From the NCBI GenBank assembly GCA_964252035.1, contig OZ176213.1: a DNA stretch of 64,000 bases, one strand, 5' to 3'. Source of the DNA: Podarcis erhardii (lineage: Eukaryota). Below the pieces are notes generated by a model. That model saw nothing but the letters and a program-made list of their open reading frames with translations, made no database searches and was not told the DNA's origin. Positions 24,901 through 35,818 of the stretch are shown one piece after another; the stretch's first letter is position 1, and each line of letters opens with the position of its first letter. Both the position numbers and the translations under genes were made by a program.

Positions 24901-25365
24901 ACTCCAGACATCAATGGTGGGGACGTCACCCAAATTCCTGGTAGTGCAACAGAGGATGTCTCTGATGGTGATTTAACTCATATTCCCGGGGATGCAGAAA
25001 CTCACATTCTTGGTAGTGCAACAGGCAAAATTCCTCCTGTCTCTGAATTTGATATTCCTGGTGGTGCAACAGGTAGTCTCACAGGTGGTTCTGCATCTCA
25101 CACCCCAAGAGCAGCAACAGGCTACATTCCTGCTGGTTCTGCAAGTGACATCCCCGGTGCCACAACAGGCAACGCCAATGGTGGTTCTGCAATTCCCATT
25201 CCTACTGGTGCAACAGATAACCACACTGGCGGTGCTGCAACTCACATCCTTGGAAACACCACAGGGGACATCTATGGAGGTGCCCCTTCATATGCATGGA
25301 CCCATCCAATCCTGTTTTCCACCTCCCTTGTCCTCCCTTACTTTCTTACAACTGTTTTCCTATAA
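733..25365 (+). CDS. 5'-truncated multi-exon gene: tandem-module cell-surface protein with GPI-like tail (mesothelin/MSLNL-like candidate)
   Basis: 19 shared exons with canonical AG/GT ends and continuous frame: 733-900,1221-1432,2571-2674,3564-3682,4282-4449,4750-4946,6402-6505,6796-6914,7411-7569,8609-8817,9404-9507,9652-9770,10159-10332,11276-11478,12610-12713,13326-13444,17371-17541,18326-18573,19092-19198. These are followed by terminal exon 19710-20647 or 21971-25365, giving 1281 or 2100 aa within the window. The exon structure is well supported. The family assignment is inference from adjacency to CIAO3 (MSLN/MSLNL neighbour CIAO3 in human), leucine-rich helical modules and the GPI-like C-terminus. 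Confidence 0.8.
4282..6914 (+). CDS. Module 2 (exons A-B-C-D, 196 aa)
   Basis: Exons of 168/197/104/119 nt with the same phases. FDVRGNLTATQLA... / ...IPCSTFKA / MAGLDGSF...VYNFAKGYL / GDPCTENTRGSLGWLTANLGSF... Confidence 0.9.
5268..6120. mobile_element. Unclassified CpG-rich insertion with inverted ends, interrupting an L2-like 3' end
   Basis: cttttgcgtggac (5267-5279) is inverted at 6079-6091. The flanks 5150-5267 and 6121-6200 read as a continuous L2-type tail. Confidence 0.5.
7411..9770 (+). CDS. Module 3 (exons A-B-C-D, 197 aa)
   Basis: Exons of 159/209/104/119 nt with the same phases. MDAVARLTPSQLAEYT... / ...MSCDSLAA / VEGLNDH... / GSACTQGASTDQEWLSKFFGPF... Confidence 0.9.
8930..9265 (-). 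mobile_element. Two tandem copies of an abundant tRNA-derived SINE (Squam-type)
   Basis: Recurrent ...actgactggcag...ccctacctggagat...gggaccttctgcat... sequence. Related copies or fragments near 3865, 16785(+), 21470, 25675, 31315, 32320, 42575(+), 42750(+), 51700 and 54335. Confidence 0.7.
10159..13444 (+). CDS. Module 4 (exons A-B-C-D, 200 aa)
   Basis: Exons of 174/203/104/119 nt with the same phases. VDSLDLFSASALAQLS... / ...MPCPYYQT / VKAMDGLY...VYDFQKAYL / GSACDGGTTGIRDWLTKNLGEF... Confidence 0.9.
15548..15940 (-). mobile_element. L2-clade LINE 3' fragment
   Basis: The minus ORF LTFKALNSLGPVY...RAFLVVAPALCNALP...FRRHLKAALF is typical of an L2 ORF2 C-terminus, with an (AAT)n-like tail. 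Confidence 0.8.
16194..16772 (-). mobile_element. Solo-LTR-like sequence
   Basis: Minus strand starts TGTCATGGACTGG and ends ...CACACA, with AATAAA ~55 nt from the 3' end. No TSD seen. Confidence 0.35.
17371..19198 (+). CDS. Degenerate module 5 (exons A-B-C only)
   Basis: Exons 17371-17541 (171 nt), 18326-18573 (248 nt) and 19092-19198 (107 nt) have good splice sites and the A/B/C phase pattern. MENPSALRPAQAADLT resembles the A exons, and the B exon keeps its terminal Cys (ACEHFHS). Confidence 0.75.
18921..18966. repeat. (AG)n microsatellite
   Basis: ~23 perfect units. Confidence 0.95.
19261..19482 (+). mobile_element. tRNA-derived SINE truncated by the gap
   Basis: A-box tggtgtagtgg and B-box gggttcgattccc, followed by a SINE body (gtgaccttgggcgagtcac...). 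Confidence 0.75.
19483..19617. other. Assembly gap (135 N)
   Basis: Run of N. Confidence 1.
19710..20647 (+). CDS. Terminal exon 1: short G/T/A/S/P repeat stalk (~311 aa) plus GPI-anchor-like signal
   Basis: Pyrimidine tract and CAG acceptor at 19709. Phase 1 matches the donor at 19198. Open to TAG at 20647, ending GGAPAYAWTHPVLFFTCLLLPCFIVTISP*. Confidence 0.85.
20827..20832 (+). terminator. AATAAA downstream of the short terminal exon (second copy at 21139-21144)
   Basis: Hexamer 180 nt after the stop codon. Confidence 0.45.
20913..21136. mobile_element. MITE with GGGTTGCCATA-type TIRs downstream of the short terminal exon
   Basis: gggattgccata (20913-20924) and tatggcaaccc (21126-21136). 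Confidence 0.55.
21971..25365 (+). CDS. Terminal exon 2: long G/T/A/S repeat stalk (~1130 aa) plus GPI-anchor-like signal
   Basis: Acceptor ttttcag at 21970, phase 1, in frame with the 22192-25365 ORF. Uninterrupted 3395 nt, ending GGAPSYAWTHPILFSTSLVLPYFLTTVFL*. Confidence 0.85.
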
Positions 25366-25557
25366 TCCAACCTTGCTTTCCACAATGTTTTGCAAAATAT
25401 TTAATATTTCTTAGTAAACATTCCTTATTTCTGTACATCTGAGTTTGGAAAAGTAGCTGGATGTTTCTTGGTGCCTCACCAACCATTGTGTTTTTCCACC
25501 CTCCAAACTCCGCCTCCACCCCTTAGAGTTCAGTCCACTGGCAAACTTTGTGCAGGC

Positions 25558-25563
25558 AATAAA
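25558..25563 (+). terminator. AATAAA downstream of the long terminal exon
   Basis: Hexamer ~190 nt after the stop codon. Confidence 0.5.
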
Positions 25564-28389
25564 AAGCTGGGTCCTTTGTGCTTTGGAGATCAATACATGG
25601 TGATTTAATGTGGATATCCAATGGCCAATTGCAGAACCTTATTAGGCATGTAGACACAATTGATGTGAAACATAAGAAGCTGCCTTATACTGAGTCGGAG
25701 CATTGGTGAGCTAGCTTAGTACTGCCAGCACTGATTGGCAGCAGCTCTCCAGAGCTTCAGGCAGGGAGTATTTCCCACTCCTCCCAGGAAATACCAGAGA
25801 TTGAACTTGAGACCTTCTGCGTGTAAAGTGAGCCATGCTCCTTCCACAAATTCCTTCCACAATTAGGTGGTTATCTAATGAAGGATTTTCAGCACTCTCA
25901 CTTGCTGGTGTCTTGGGGAATGCACTCACCTTTCATTCTCTAAATGATTCTTAGCTTGGATCCTTGGTATACTTGTGTGTGAATTTATCATACCCTCCAA
26001 CATTTCTCTGATGAAAATAGGAACATCCTATTCCATCATCATCATCATGATAAAATGAAATTTATTTATTTTTTAATTTATACCCTACCCCAGCTACTCT
26101 GGGAGGCTTCCAAAATATATAAAATCATAATAAAACATTAAACATTACAAAAAAATTCCCTGTACAAGGCTGCTTTCAGGGGACTCGTGGGTTGCATAAC
26201 TCCATACCCTCCAACATTCATCCAATGAAAATAGGGATGTCCTCAGAAAAAGTGGGACATTCTAGGATCAGATCAGAAACCAGGATGGCTTCTGTAATCC
26301 GGGACTGTCTCTGGAAAATAGGGACACTTGGAGGGTCTGATATATTCAATGTTCATGAATATTCAGAGGTAGTGTGCTAAGCAGGTTAATATCCTCACTC
26401 CAACCTCTGTTTCCCTTTCCCCCAGAGTCAGGGCTCAGCCACACACCTTTTGCCTTGCACTTCCTAGGCTCAGGCCTGCACTTTCTCAGTCCGTGCCCCA
26501 GAGCTCCCCCCGCCCCACCACTTCACCCAGGAAAACCCACTCCTTAGCACTGAATCGGAACAAATGACAATTTGGTTTTTCCCTGGATTTCCATTTCCTC
26601 CAATTCAGCGGTAAAGAGCATGTTTTCATGGAGAAATCAGTGAGAGGGAAAGACAAGTGCTCAGACGTGGACCTAGAAATCCCAGACTGCACCTAGCAAT
26701 ATGGAGCAAAGGAAAGTGTGGATGAGTCCTCAAAACTCCACAAGGAAAATAACATCTTACGCTGTGTGACACTTTTTAAAGGAAATAAAGCTTTTAACTT
26801 TTATTTTTGGTCTGGTTATTTGTTTATTCCCTTGCAAAGGAAGACCTCAATTTATGACCTGGTTGTTTATCCTGCTATTCCCATTGCAAAGAAAATACTT
26901 GGGGCTGGCTGTGTGTCTTGAGCCTTATCACTTTGACACACACAGCAAAGCTGTTGTTTAAAATTCTCTATCTAGTTCCGCCCCAAAACTGGATCATAGT
27001 ATGAGCAGCCAGCACAGCCAATGGCCAGGGATGATGGGAGTTGTAGTCCAGCAACTTCTGGAGGGTCACAGATGATCCCCAACCTTGCTTTAGGTACTAA
27101 CAGAAACCATTTGTGTTATGCTCAGGGAAAAGCACTTTGAATATGCTCAGAAACATACTCGAGGGACAAGCCAGAGGTTTTGAAAACCCAATGTGGCAGC
27201 TGTACATCATGTTCCTATTAGGTAAAGGTAAAGGTACTCCTATTAGCCGCAGCCTATTTAATAAAAAGGGTATTTTAGCTGGATTTGGCATCCTCCAGTG
27301 TAATTTTATTGCATTTTCTGCACTCTCCTTAAGCTTAGAGCTGCTATTAGAGCTGCCCAAACACTGAGATTCTTTTTAGGCCCAAACATTCACTTTCCAA
27401 GATTCCAAGTCCTGTAGGCTTTGAGTGGGTATTATTATTATTTCAGTTTATGAGTTATGACTTGAAGCAGTTTGTCCACATGCAAGTATCGGTCCCCAAG
27501 GGGCTCATAATCTAAGCCAGGAGTGAAGGTTCTCAAGGCCTGTTTGGAGCACCAGCTCTGAGATGCTCAGATGTCTCTGCAATAACTTGAGTGAGGATCC
27601 CAGAGCTGGTTCGCAGGTAGCCCCACCCAGACAACAACAACAACAAACAACAACAACAACAACAAGGCATAGTTTATGAGCTTCTTATGCACTGGGTAAC
27701 CGAAGCAGACATAACACAGTTTTTGATACATATGATTACAGATTTTTTTAATAAAAAGCTCAGAGTTTTATCCCAAAAGTCAATGTAGGAGCCATGAAAC
27801 GAGGAGGAAAGGATAGGATGTATGTTAGTTATTTGTTTGTGACATCCAGAGCTTTATGCATCAAGTCAGTGGGGTCCATCTAGTCTGGCATCCACAATGG
27901 CTATCCAGATGCCCAGAGGGGAATTTGCAAGCAGGACCTGAGCTCAAGAGCACTCTCCCCTCCTCTGGTTTCCAGCAACCACCATCCAGAACTCAGAAGG
28001 ATTATTATTTCTTTTATATTCCACCTTTCCTCCAAGGAGCTCAGGATGGCATCCTATGAAGTTCTCCTCCTTATTTTATCCTCAGCACAACCCTGTGAGG
28101 TAGGTTAGGCTGAGATAGTGATTGACTGGACCAAGGTAGGGATTTGAACCCTGGCCGTCCAGGTCCTTCACTCTAACCTCTGCACGACAGGCTCATCCCC
28201 TCATTACAGATTCTTCTTCGCGCCTAATTCGGTTTAAGCTTTCAAATGGATTATTTCACTGGCTTTTGCCCCGCACGTGGACGGGGCTGCCATCGAGAAC
28301 CTGAAGTGATGGTTACTTTGAGCACTCTACCTCTAACTCTTTGGAAATTCTCTTTTCTTCCTTTATAGACTTAGTGTAGATTCACATAT

Positions 28390-28580
28390 TTGGGAAAGAT
28401 GGAGGGCACAAGGAGAAGGGGACGACAGAGGACGAGATGGTTGGGCAGTGTTCTCGAAGCTACCAGCATGAGTCTGACCAAACTGCGGGAGGCAGTGGAA
28501 GACAGGAGTGCCTGGCATGCTCTGGTCCATGGGGTCACGAAGAGTCGGACACGACTAAACGACTAAACAACAACAACAAC
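28390..28580 (+). mobile_element. RTE-BovB LINE 3' end
   Basis: gggaaagatggagggc...gagatggttgg...ccatggggtcacgaagagtcggacacgactaaacgactaa followed by an (AAC)n tail, the characteristic BovB terminus. Confidence 0.85.
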
Positions 28581-28619
28581 AGATTGACATATAGGGCTCA
28601 ACGCCCGGGTTTCTTTCCA

Positions 28620-29210
28620 CCTCCCTCCCCGAGTGAATAAGTATGAAACGGCCATAGACATCAATAGGCAGGTTGCTGAAAACCACGTCTAGGTTAAATC
28701 AGTTGGTTTCTCCGTTTATTTCTGCGGGCAAAAAACCTAGCCAAGCTAACATCGGGAGCCCTCATTAAGGAGGTGAGGGGGCTACTCTGCATAATTTATC
28801 TCCGTGTTCCTCTTTCGCCTTCGTCGTTTTGCGACAGTGTGGCGGAAATCGTTTATCAGGCAGTGTTGTACGAGCATATACTTCCTCGTCGGAGCTTTAC
28901 GGCAGTGTGGCGGGGAAGGGAGATGCGAAGATGGCTACGGCTGTGTCGCCCTTCAGCGGAGTCCTGCAGTTGACGGACCTGGACGACTATATCGGGCCCT
29001 CGCAAGTGAGTGGGGCGGGGGAGGAGGAAGAGAGAAAGTGGAGGCAGGAGAACGAGAAGGATACAGGCATTTGGGGCCGGTCCCGTGTCGTATTCTTTGC
29101 AAACCTTACAACAACCATGTGAGGTAGGCCAGCAGTAGCAGCACACGCATGCTCGCCCATTGCTGAGACTCAGAGTGAGCGGCCCCAATATGCGGGGCCG
29201 GGGTGGTGTC
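28620..29210 (+). promoter_or_regulatory. CpG-rich promoter/first-exon region of CIAO3
   Basis: Local CpG enrichment around the ATG at 28931, against a CpG-poor background. Confidence 0.7.
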
Positions 29211-32200
29211 ATGATTAGAGGGTCAGGTTAGGGAAGGTAAAGGGACCCCTGACCATTAGACCCAGTGGCAAACGACTCTGGGGTTGTGGCGCTCATCTCA
29301 CTTTATTAGCCGAGGGAGCCGGCGTACAGCTTCCGGGTCATGTGGCCAGCATGACTAAGCCGCTTCTGGCGAACCAGAGGAGTGCACAGAAACGCCATTT
29401 ACCTTCCCGCTGGAGCGGTACCTATTTATCTACTTGCACTTTGACGTGCTTTCGAACTGCTAGGTGGGCAGGAGCAGGGACCGAGCAATGGGAGCGCACC
29501 CTGTTGCGGGGATTCGAACTGCCGACCTTCTGATCGGCAAGCCCTAGCCTCTGTGGTTTAACCCACAGCTCCACCCGCGTCCCTGGGTTCAAATCCCTTC
29601 TCAGGCATTGGAGACTCATTGGGTGGCCTTGGTCTGGTCAGGGTTGTCATGGGAAGGAAGGAAGGAATCAAAGGTTCTGGCTTCAGCAAATTGAAGACGG
29701 GACTGGTTTTAAATGTAATGAAAAACGTAAAGTGTCCAAAGTAAAGTGCATCCATTCTTTCTCTTGGCAAACCTCACAGCGATCCTGTAAGGGGTAAGTT
29801 GTTTTATCCTAACCATGGTGTGTGTGTGTGTGTGATGGGGTGCGGTGGGGAATAAAGCTGGCATTACGCTGTGGGTTAAACCACAGAGCCTAGGACTTGC
29901 TGATCAGAGGGTCGGCAGTTCGAATCCCCGCAACGGGGTGAGCTCCCGTTGCTCGGTCCCTGCTCCTGCCAACCCAGCAGTCCGAAAGCACGTCAAAGTG
30001 CAAGTAGATAAATAGGTACCGCTCGGGCAGGAAGGTAAACGGCGTTTCCGTGCGCTGCTCTGGTTCGCCAGAAGTGGCTTAGTCATGCTGGCCACATGAC
30101 CCGGAAGCTGCATGCCGGCTCCCTCGGCCAATAAGGTGAGATGAGCGCCGCAACCCCAGAATTGGCCACGACTGGACCTAATGGTCAGGGGTCCCTTTAC
30201 CTTTACCTATCAACCAGATTATCAATGCCTGAAGCAGGAATTTCTGAACTGTCCAGTGGGAGTCTAGGAGGAAACACTGCTTCTTCTTCCTGAAGTATGG
30301 ATTGTGGGGTGTGTGTTTTGGTGTTTCATTTTCAGTAGTTCTCTTTCCTTTCAGGATTGCATAAAACCCATCAAAGTTGAGAAGAAGCTTGGGAAAGCAG
30401 CAGCAAAGATCCGCATTGAAGATGATGGGACTTACATTCAAGTTGACAAGGTAAAGTTTCCCCTCCTCAGTTTGATCACATCATAAGATGGGCTGGGGAA
30501 GCTTTTTTTAAGCTGTGTGTTTTTGCATTCCACCATCAAGCTTCTGGGGGCCACGTGGCAGTGGTGGGCAGGGCCAGAGGTGAAAGCAGGTGATGCCATT
30601 GCTGTGCCTCTTATACAGTAAGCTAAATCCCTGTCATAAGAGATACAAAATAGGTTTGGGGATCAGTGGTTACAGCTCTGCAGCCCCAACTACGAATTCA
30701 GAAGCCTCTTGGAAAGGAAGTTAGTTGCAGAGTTTGTTAACAGCTCTCCAGAAAGGAGAACCTTTTCAGTTGTAGTCAAGAATATTGTCCTGGTTAATGG
30801 ATGCTCTCAGAAGAGCAATTACTCCCTTCTGCTCTTTGGACTGTGAATCTCTCATGTTTGGCCCTACAGTCTGGAGCCAAAACTTGTTACAGTCCTTGGA
30901 CCCCTCTGTGATGCTTTTATTTATAAAATCTCCAACATCATCGTCAGATGGTGGGGAGGTAACCCCTGAATGACTGCTAGTGAAAGCTGGAAGTACTTTT
31001 CACGAAGGCTTGGAAGCTGATCTCCATCCCCTCTGACCAACTCTCCCTTTCAGGATGGAGGGTCACAAAAGCTTGAGAAGGCCAAAATCACCCTAAATGA
31101 CTGCTTGGCATGTAGCGGCTGCATCACGTCTGCGGAGAGTGTCTTAATCACACAGCAGAGCCACGAGGAACTCCTCAGGGTCTTAAATACCAATAAAGTA
31201 AGTTGTTGATTCTGTCAGCATGTGAGTCATAGGGCCTGAGGACCTGGAAGATGAACTCTTTCTTGCCCACTTGTGCAGGAGAAGGGGTCTGATCTAGGGA
31301 CAGGAAGGTAGGAAGCTGCCTTATACAGAAAGCCAGACCATTGGTCCATCTACACTGACTGGCAGTGGCTCTCCAGTGTTTCCAGCAAGGGAATTTCTAA
31401 GCCTTACCTGGAGATGCTGCTTGGGACCTTCTGCATGCAAGGCAGTTGCTCTGCCCTTGAGTTACAGCCCTTTGCCACTGAGTAGGCTGGATTTTCTTCC
31501 ACTGCCAGGAGCAATGTTAGCAAGCTGTTTGCATTCTGGTTGGCTTCAGAGCAAATGATCTAGACCTGTTATAAAGCTGCTGGTAGGTTTGTGTTTGTCT
31601 TCCACTACTCATTGCATTAGGGACTAGATTCTCAACATATATATATTTTTAAAAAGAATCCAGCCATTTCATGCTAGCTACAGAAAGGCTCAGGGCACCT
31701 CAATATAGAAAAGGTAAATACTCCAGCAAATACTAATTTCATGTTGATGCTTGTTTGTTTTTTTAAGACGTCAGGTTCTGCTTCCCAGAAGCTGGTGGTG
31801 GTGTCCGTATCTCCCCAGTCCCGAGCTTCGCTGGCGGCAAAGTTTTCACTGACTCCTTTAGACACAGCCAAGAAACTGGTGTCTTTCTTTAAAAGTTTAG
31901 GTGAGCAGCAATGTCTCTTCTGAAGTATATAGCTTGATGATTTAGTAATTAAACACACTTGGGATCAAACGGATTCCTGTGTTCCTGAGCATCACATTTC
32001 TGCCACGAGGCTGGAAGGATAAAACTATTCAGGGGCTGCAGATCTTGCTGCCTTTTCACCCTTTTAACAAATAGCTTTTAAATGTCATTCTCATTTAGAT
32101 GTCTGTTTGAATGGACTGCCCATATTAATTAAGTTGGGACTTATTGTTAGCTGATGATGTTTCTTTCTTTCCCCTCTGTTACATTTACAAAAATATATTT

Positions 32201-35200
32201 TTAAAAAAATGCAGGGGGAAGATAAAAAACGTGACCAAACTGCCTATCACTTGGATGGTTTTGATGACCCTTGTTGTAGAGGGTGTTGAGTTGACACAGC
32301 TTAGGAACAGCCCACCAATCCAGCTAGCTCAGTATTGTCTGCACTGGCTGGCAGCAGCTCTTCAAGGTTTCAGACAAGGTTCTTTCTCAGCCTTACCCAG
32401 AGATGCTGAGGATTGAACCTGCGACCTTCTGCATGCAAAGCAGGCCCTCTACCACTGAGCTGTAGTTCTTTGCTTAAGACATTTGGAACAAAGGAAGCTG
32501 CCTTGCACAGAGTCGGATCATTGGTCCAATGACACCTGTATAGAACTCTTTAGGAAGCCCCCACCACTCCACAAATGTGGTTTCCTTAACACCTAACCTC
32601 TCTCCCTTCCCTGTCTCAGGGGTGCATTATGTCTTTGACACGACTTTCTCAAGGAACTTCAGCCTGCTGGAGAGCCAGCGAGAGTTTGTACAGCGCTTCC
32701 GGAGGGAAAAGGAAGACAAGAAGGCTTTGCCTATGTTGGCTGCTGCCTGCCCAGGTAAGGCTGTTGTGGGGGGGAGAGAGTTGGGTGTGGGCCCTGCAAC
32801 TGGTGCTACCCATCATCCAGGAACCTCAGATTGTAAGACCATGATGGGTGGGGCCAGAAGGAAAAGAGGATGGAGCAATGGATGTGAATTTTGCCTTTAA
32901 GCAGTAGGCTTCCTCCCCGTTCCCACTCACTTGCTTTTCAGGCAAGCGAGAGTCACTATCAGAGTACAAGGGCACATTCCAGCCAAGCAGAAACATTCAG
33001 AGAGGGTGCAAAGCTGAGCTGGTGAAGTGGGTAGCCTGGGGAGAATCCTAAGGGCCAAACAGAGAGGTCTGGAGGGCCACATTTGGCCTCTGGGCCTGAG
33101 GCTCCCTGCTCCTGCTGTGGACTATAAATGGGACATTCCAATATTTCTTTATAGCTGGTTGCATGCTGTTGCAATTTCGTTCCCTTTTTGGGTTTCTAGT
33201 CCTTTTTCTCGTCCAGCTCTATCCCTGGCAACACAAACATAGTTGAGCAGCTTTTCCTTTTCATCCCTTGGCCTTCCTTCCAATAGGCCAGCAAGAGGAG
33301 AGTGGGGTGGGGGTGGATGCTGCCTTTGGAGCCTGGAGGCGGATTTGCAACTTAAGGATGTTGGTTCTTCTTCCTCTTTCAGGCTGGATCTGTTATGCCG
33401 AAAAAACCCACGGGAGTTTCATCATCCCTCACGTCAGCACGGCTAAGTCTCCCCAGCAAGTGATGGGCTCCCTCGTCAAGAGGCACTTTGCCAAACAGCA
33501 AGTGTGTGTTCTGTGGCAGGCACTTTTCGCAAGGGAACTGGTGTCCTAGAAAGCCTGGGAGCAGCAACTGGGCTTCAGTTTGTGACCTCCCCATCAGATC
33601 GCCTCTGCAGAGAGCCAGAAAAGGGGTCACCCTCTCACCCAAACAATCCTCTGCAGAAAGGGGAGCTCAGACCCTTTCCTTTCCATGCTAGGGCAGTGCT
33701 GTTGTTGCTGCTGCTGCTGCTGCTGTTTTCTTCTTAAGGGCAACCATCTCAAGCCACCCAGGATTGTTATTACCCTATGGAATGACCTCACTCTCACTTC
33801 TCTGGGTTTAGACCAGCCTTTGCCCAATCCTGGACCCCTCCAGATGTTTTGGACTACAACTCCTATCATCCACTGCCAGTGCCATTGTGGCTGATGGGAG
33901 TTGTAGTCCAAAACATCTGGAGGGCAAAGGCTGGTTTGGACAGATTTGCAAAGGGTTCTACTAGTTAATGGTTGCTAGATGGAGGTTTTGCACCTCTGAA
34001 TGCCACCTACCAGGCACAAAACCCAAACGAACTGGAAGTGGTTATTGCCTTCATTCTTTGCTTGTGTGTCTTTTACGGTGCCCTACTGGTGCCACTGTCA
34101 GAAACATGAAATCAGGACTAGTTTTTGCTGATCGGGTATCCCAATCTCTTCCCCATTTATAGCACTTGACACCTGACCAGATCTACCACGTGACAGTGAT
34201 GCCTTGTTACGACAAGAAGTTAGAAGCTTCCAGACCTGACTTCTTCATCCAAGAGCACCAGACCCGTGAGGTTGACTGTGTGATTACTACAGGTAGAGCA
34301 GAGCCAGGAACTGTGATGCAGTCAGTGTTTGAGTTAGAAACACCCAGAAGATTCCATTGCCTGCTCCCCTGGCTTGAGGTGCAACTGCCCATTCACTAGC
34401 CACTACTTCCACCCTGCCCCATTTGAGTTAATGGAGCCCAGCCCTCATCCTGCCAGAGGTTTCTACACATACAACCTCCCGCATCACTCCATCCTGGCGA
34501 GCCAGAGGGATTATGCCATTTCAAGGACATATTCCAGCCAAGCAAAAGTTCTTGAGTAGGGGCGCTGAGTGGAGAAGCTTGGAGGGCCGCACTCAGTCCC
34601 TAGGCTTGAGGTTCCCCATCCCTGAACTGGAGAGAGGATTAATTCATTGCCTGGTAACTCCTCTCTGCTTCCTGTCTCTGTTCCATCCAGAATGCAAACT
34701 CCCTTGCATTTGTTCTGTGTTTCAGGAGAAGTTGTGAAGTTACTGGACCAGGAGAAGGTAACCCTATCAGAAGTGAATCCAGCCCCTTTGGATAGCATGT
34801 AAGATCCGAAGTCGCTTAACTTTGCTACGCTTACATCCGGCTTGCTTCTTTCACTTGTGCTCGATTTGCAGAACTTTAATCAGGATTTGGCCTTTATCGG
34901 CATGCAGCTGGGCATTTCGAGTTTTGCATGGTGCCCGACGCTGTTTCTTTTCTTCCTTACATAGGTTTAGTGGTGTATCTGAAGAGGAGCAGTTGCTTGG
35001 GCACTCTGGAGGCGGTTCTGGGGGCTACCTGGAGCACATCTATAAGTATGCCGCAAGGGAGCTCTTCGGTATTCAGGTGGAAGAAGTTCGCTATAAGGCA
35101 CTGAAGTAAGGATATTGCATTACCGCCTGGAGCTCTTACCAAGTGTCCTAGCCCAGCCCATTTTCCCCAGCCTGCACTCTCTTCCAGTAAGGAAGTATTG

Positions 35201-35773
35201 GGAGTGCTACTGCTGCTGCTGCTTTGCTGCTGCCTGTCCCTTGCTCCAGCCTCCCTCACTGGCTAAAGAGCCAGCAGCCATTGCAAGCAGTCATGGAAGT
35301 TGCAAGAGAGCCATGACCTGGGAGGAAGCATTCATTTTCCAACCAGGCTGACTTTCCCACCAAAGTTGTACTGTTCGTCCATGTTCCGTTGCTGTCAGTT
35401 TCCACTCTGAGCAGTGCCTTGGGAGTGTGTCTGAAGAGACCATGTTTTGCAGTAGCAAATCTCTGGTTCCACCCTGACCCCTTTTAATTCTTCCCCAGAA
35501 ACAAGGACTTACAGGAAGTGACGCTGGAAAAGGATGGCAAAACCCTCTTGCATTTTGCCCTGGCATACGGATTTCGGAACATCCAGAACTTGGTGCAGAA
35601 ACTGAAACGGGGGAAGCTGCCGTATCACTACATCGAGGTGATGGCTTGTCCTTCAGGTGAGGCCACCTGCAGGTTGGAAACGGCAGGGGGGATAAGAAAA
35701 GGCTGCATATGTCGCTTGGAGCTCTCTGGCAGCATCCTAAGAATTCTCCCTTTCACTCTTACCAGTTAATACT

Positions 35774-35818
<45 letters not shown>

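Noticed and set aside
22342-25245. Long Cys/Arg/Val-rich minus-strand ORFs (e.g. 23302-24087, 24292-24933) and shifted plus-strand ORFs
   Set aside because: These are shadows of the GCA/ACA/GGT-rich repeat on the coding strand, with no independent splice or start context.
21971-25365. Homology of the stalk to bacterial ice-nucleation or RTX proteins, or horizontal transfer
   Set aside because: Only the periodicity is shared. The AGYGST and GGxGxD motifs are absent, and the exon has normal vertebrate splice and poly(A) context.
25600-28380. An MSLN gene expected from human synteny
   Set aside because: No convincing exons on either strand; mostly repeats and short ORFs.
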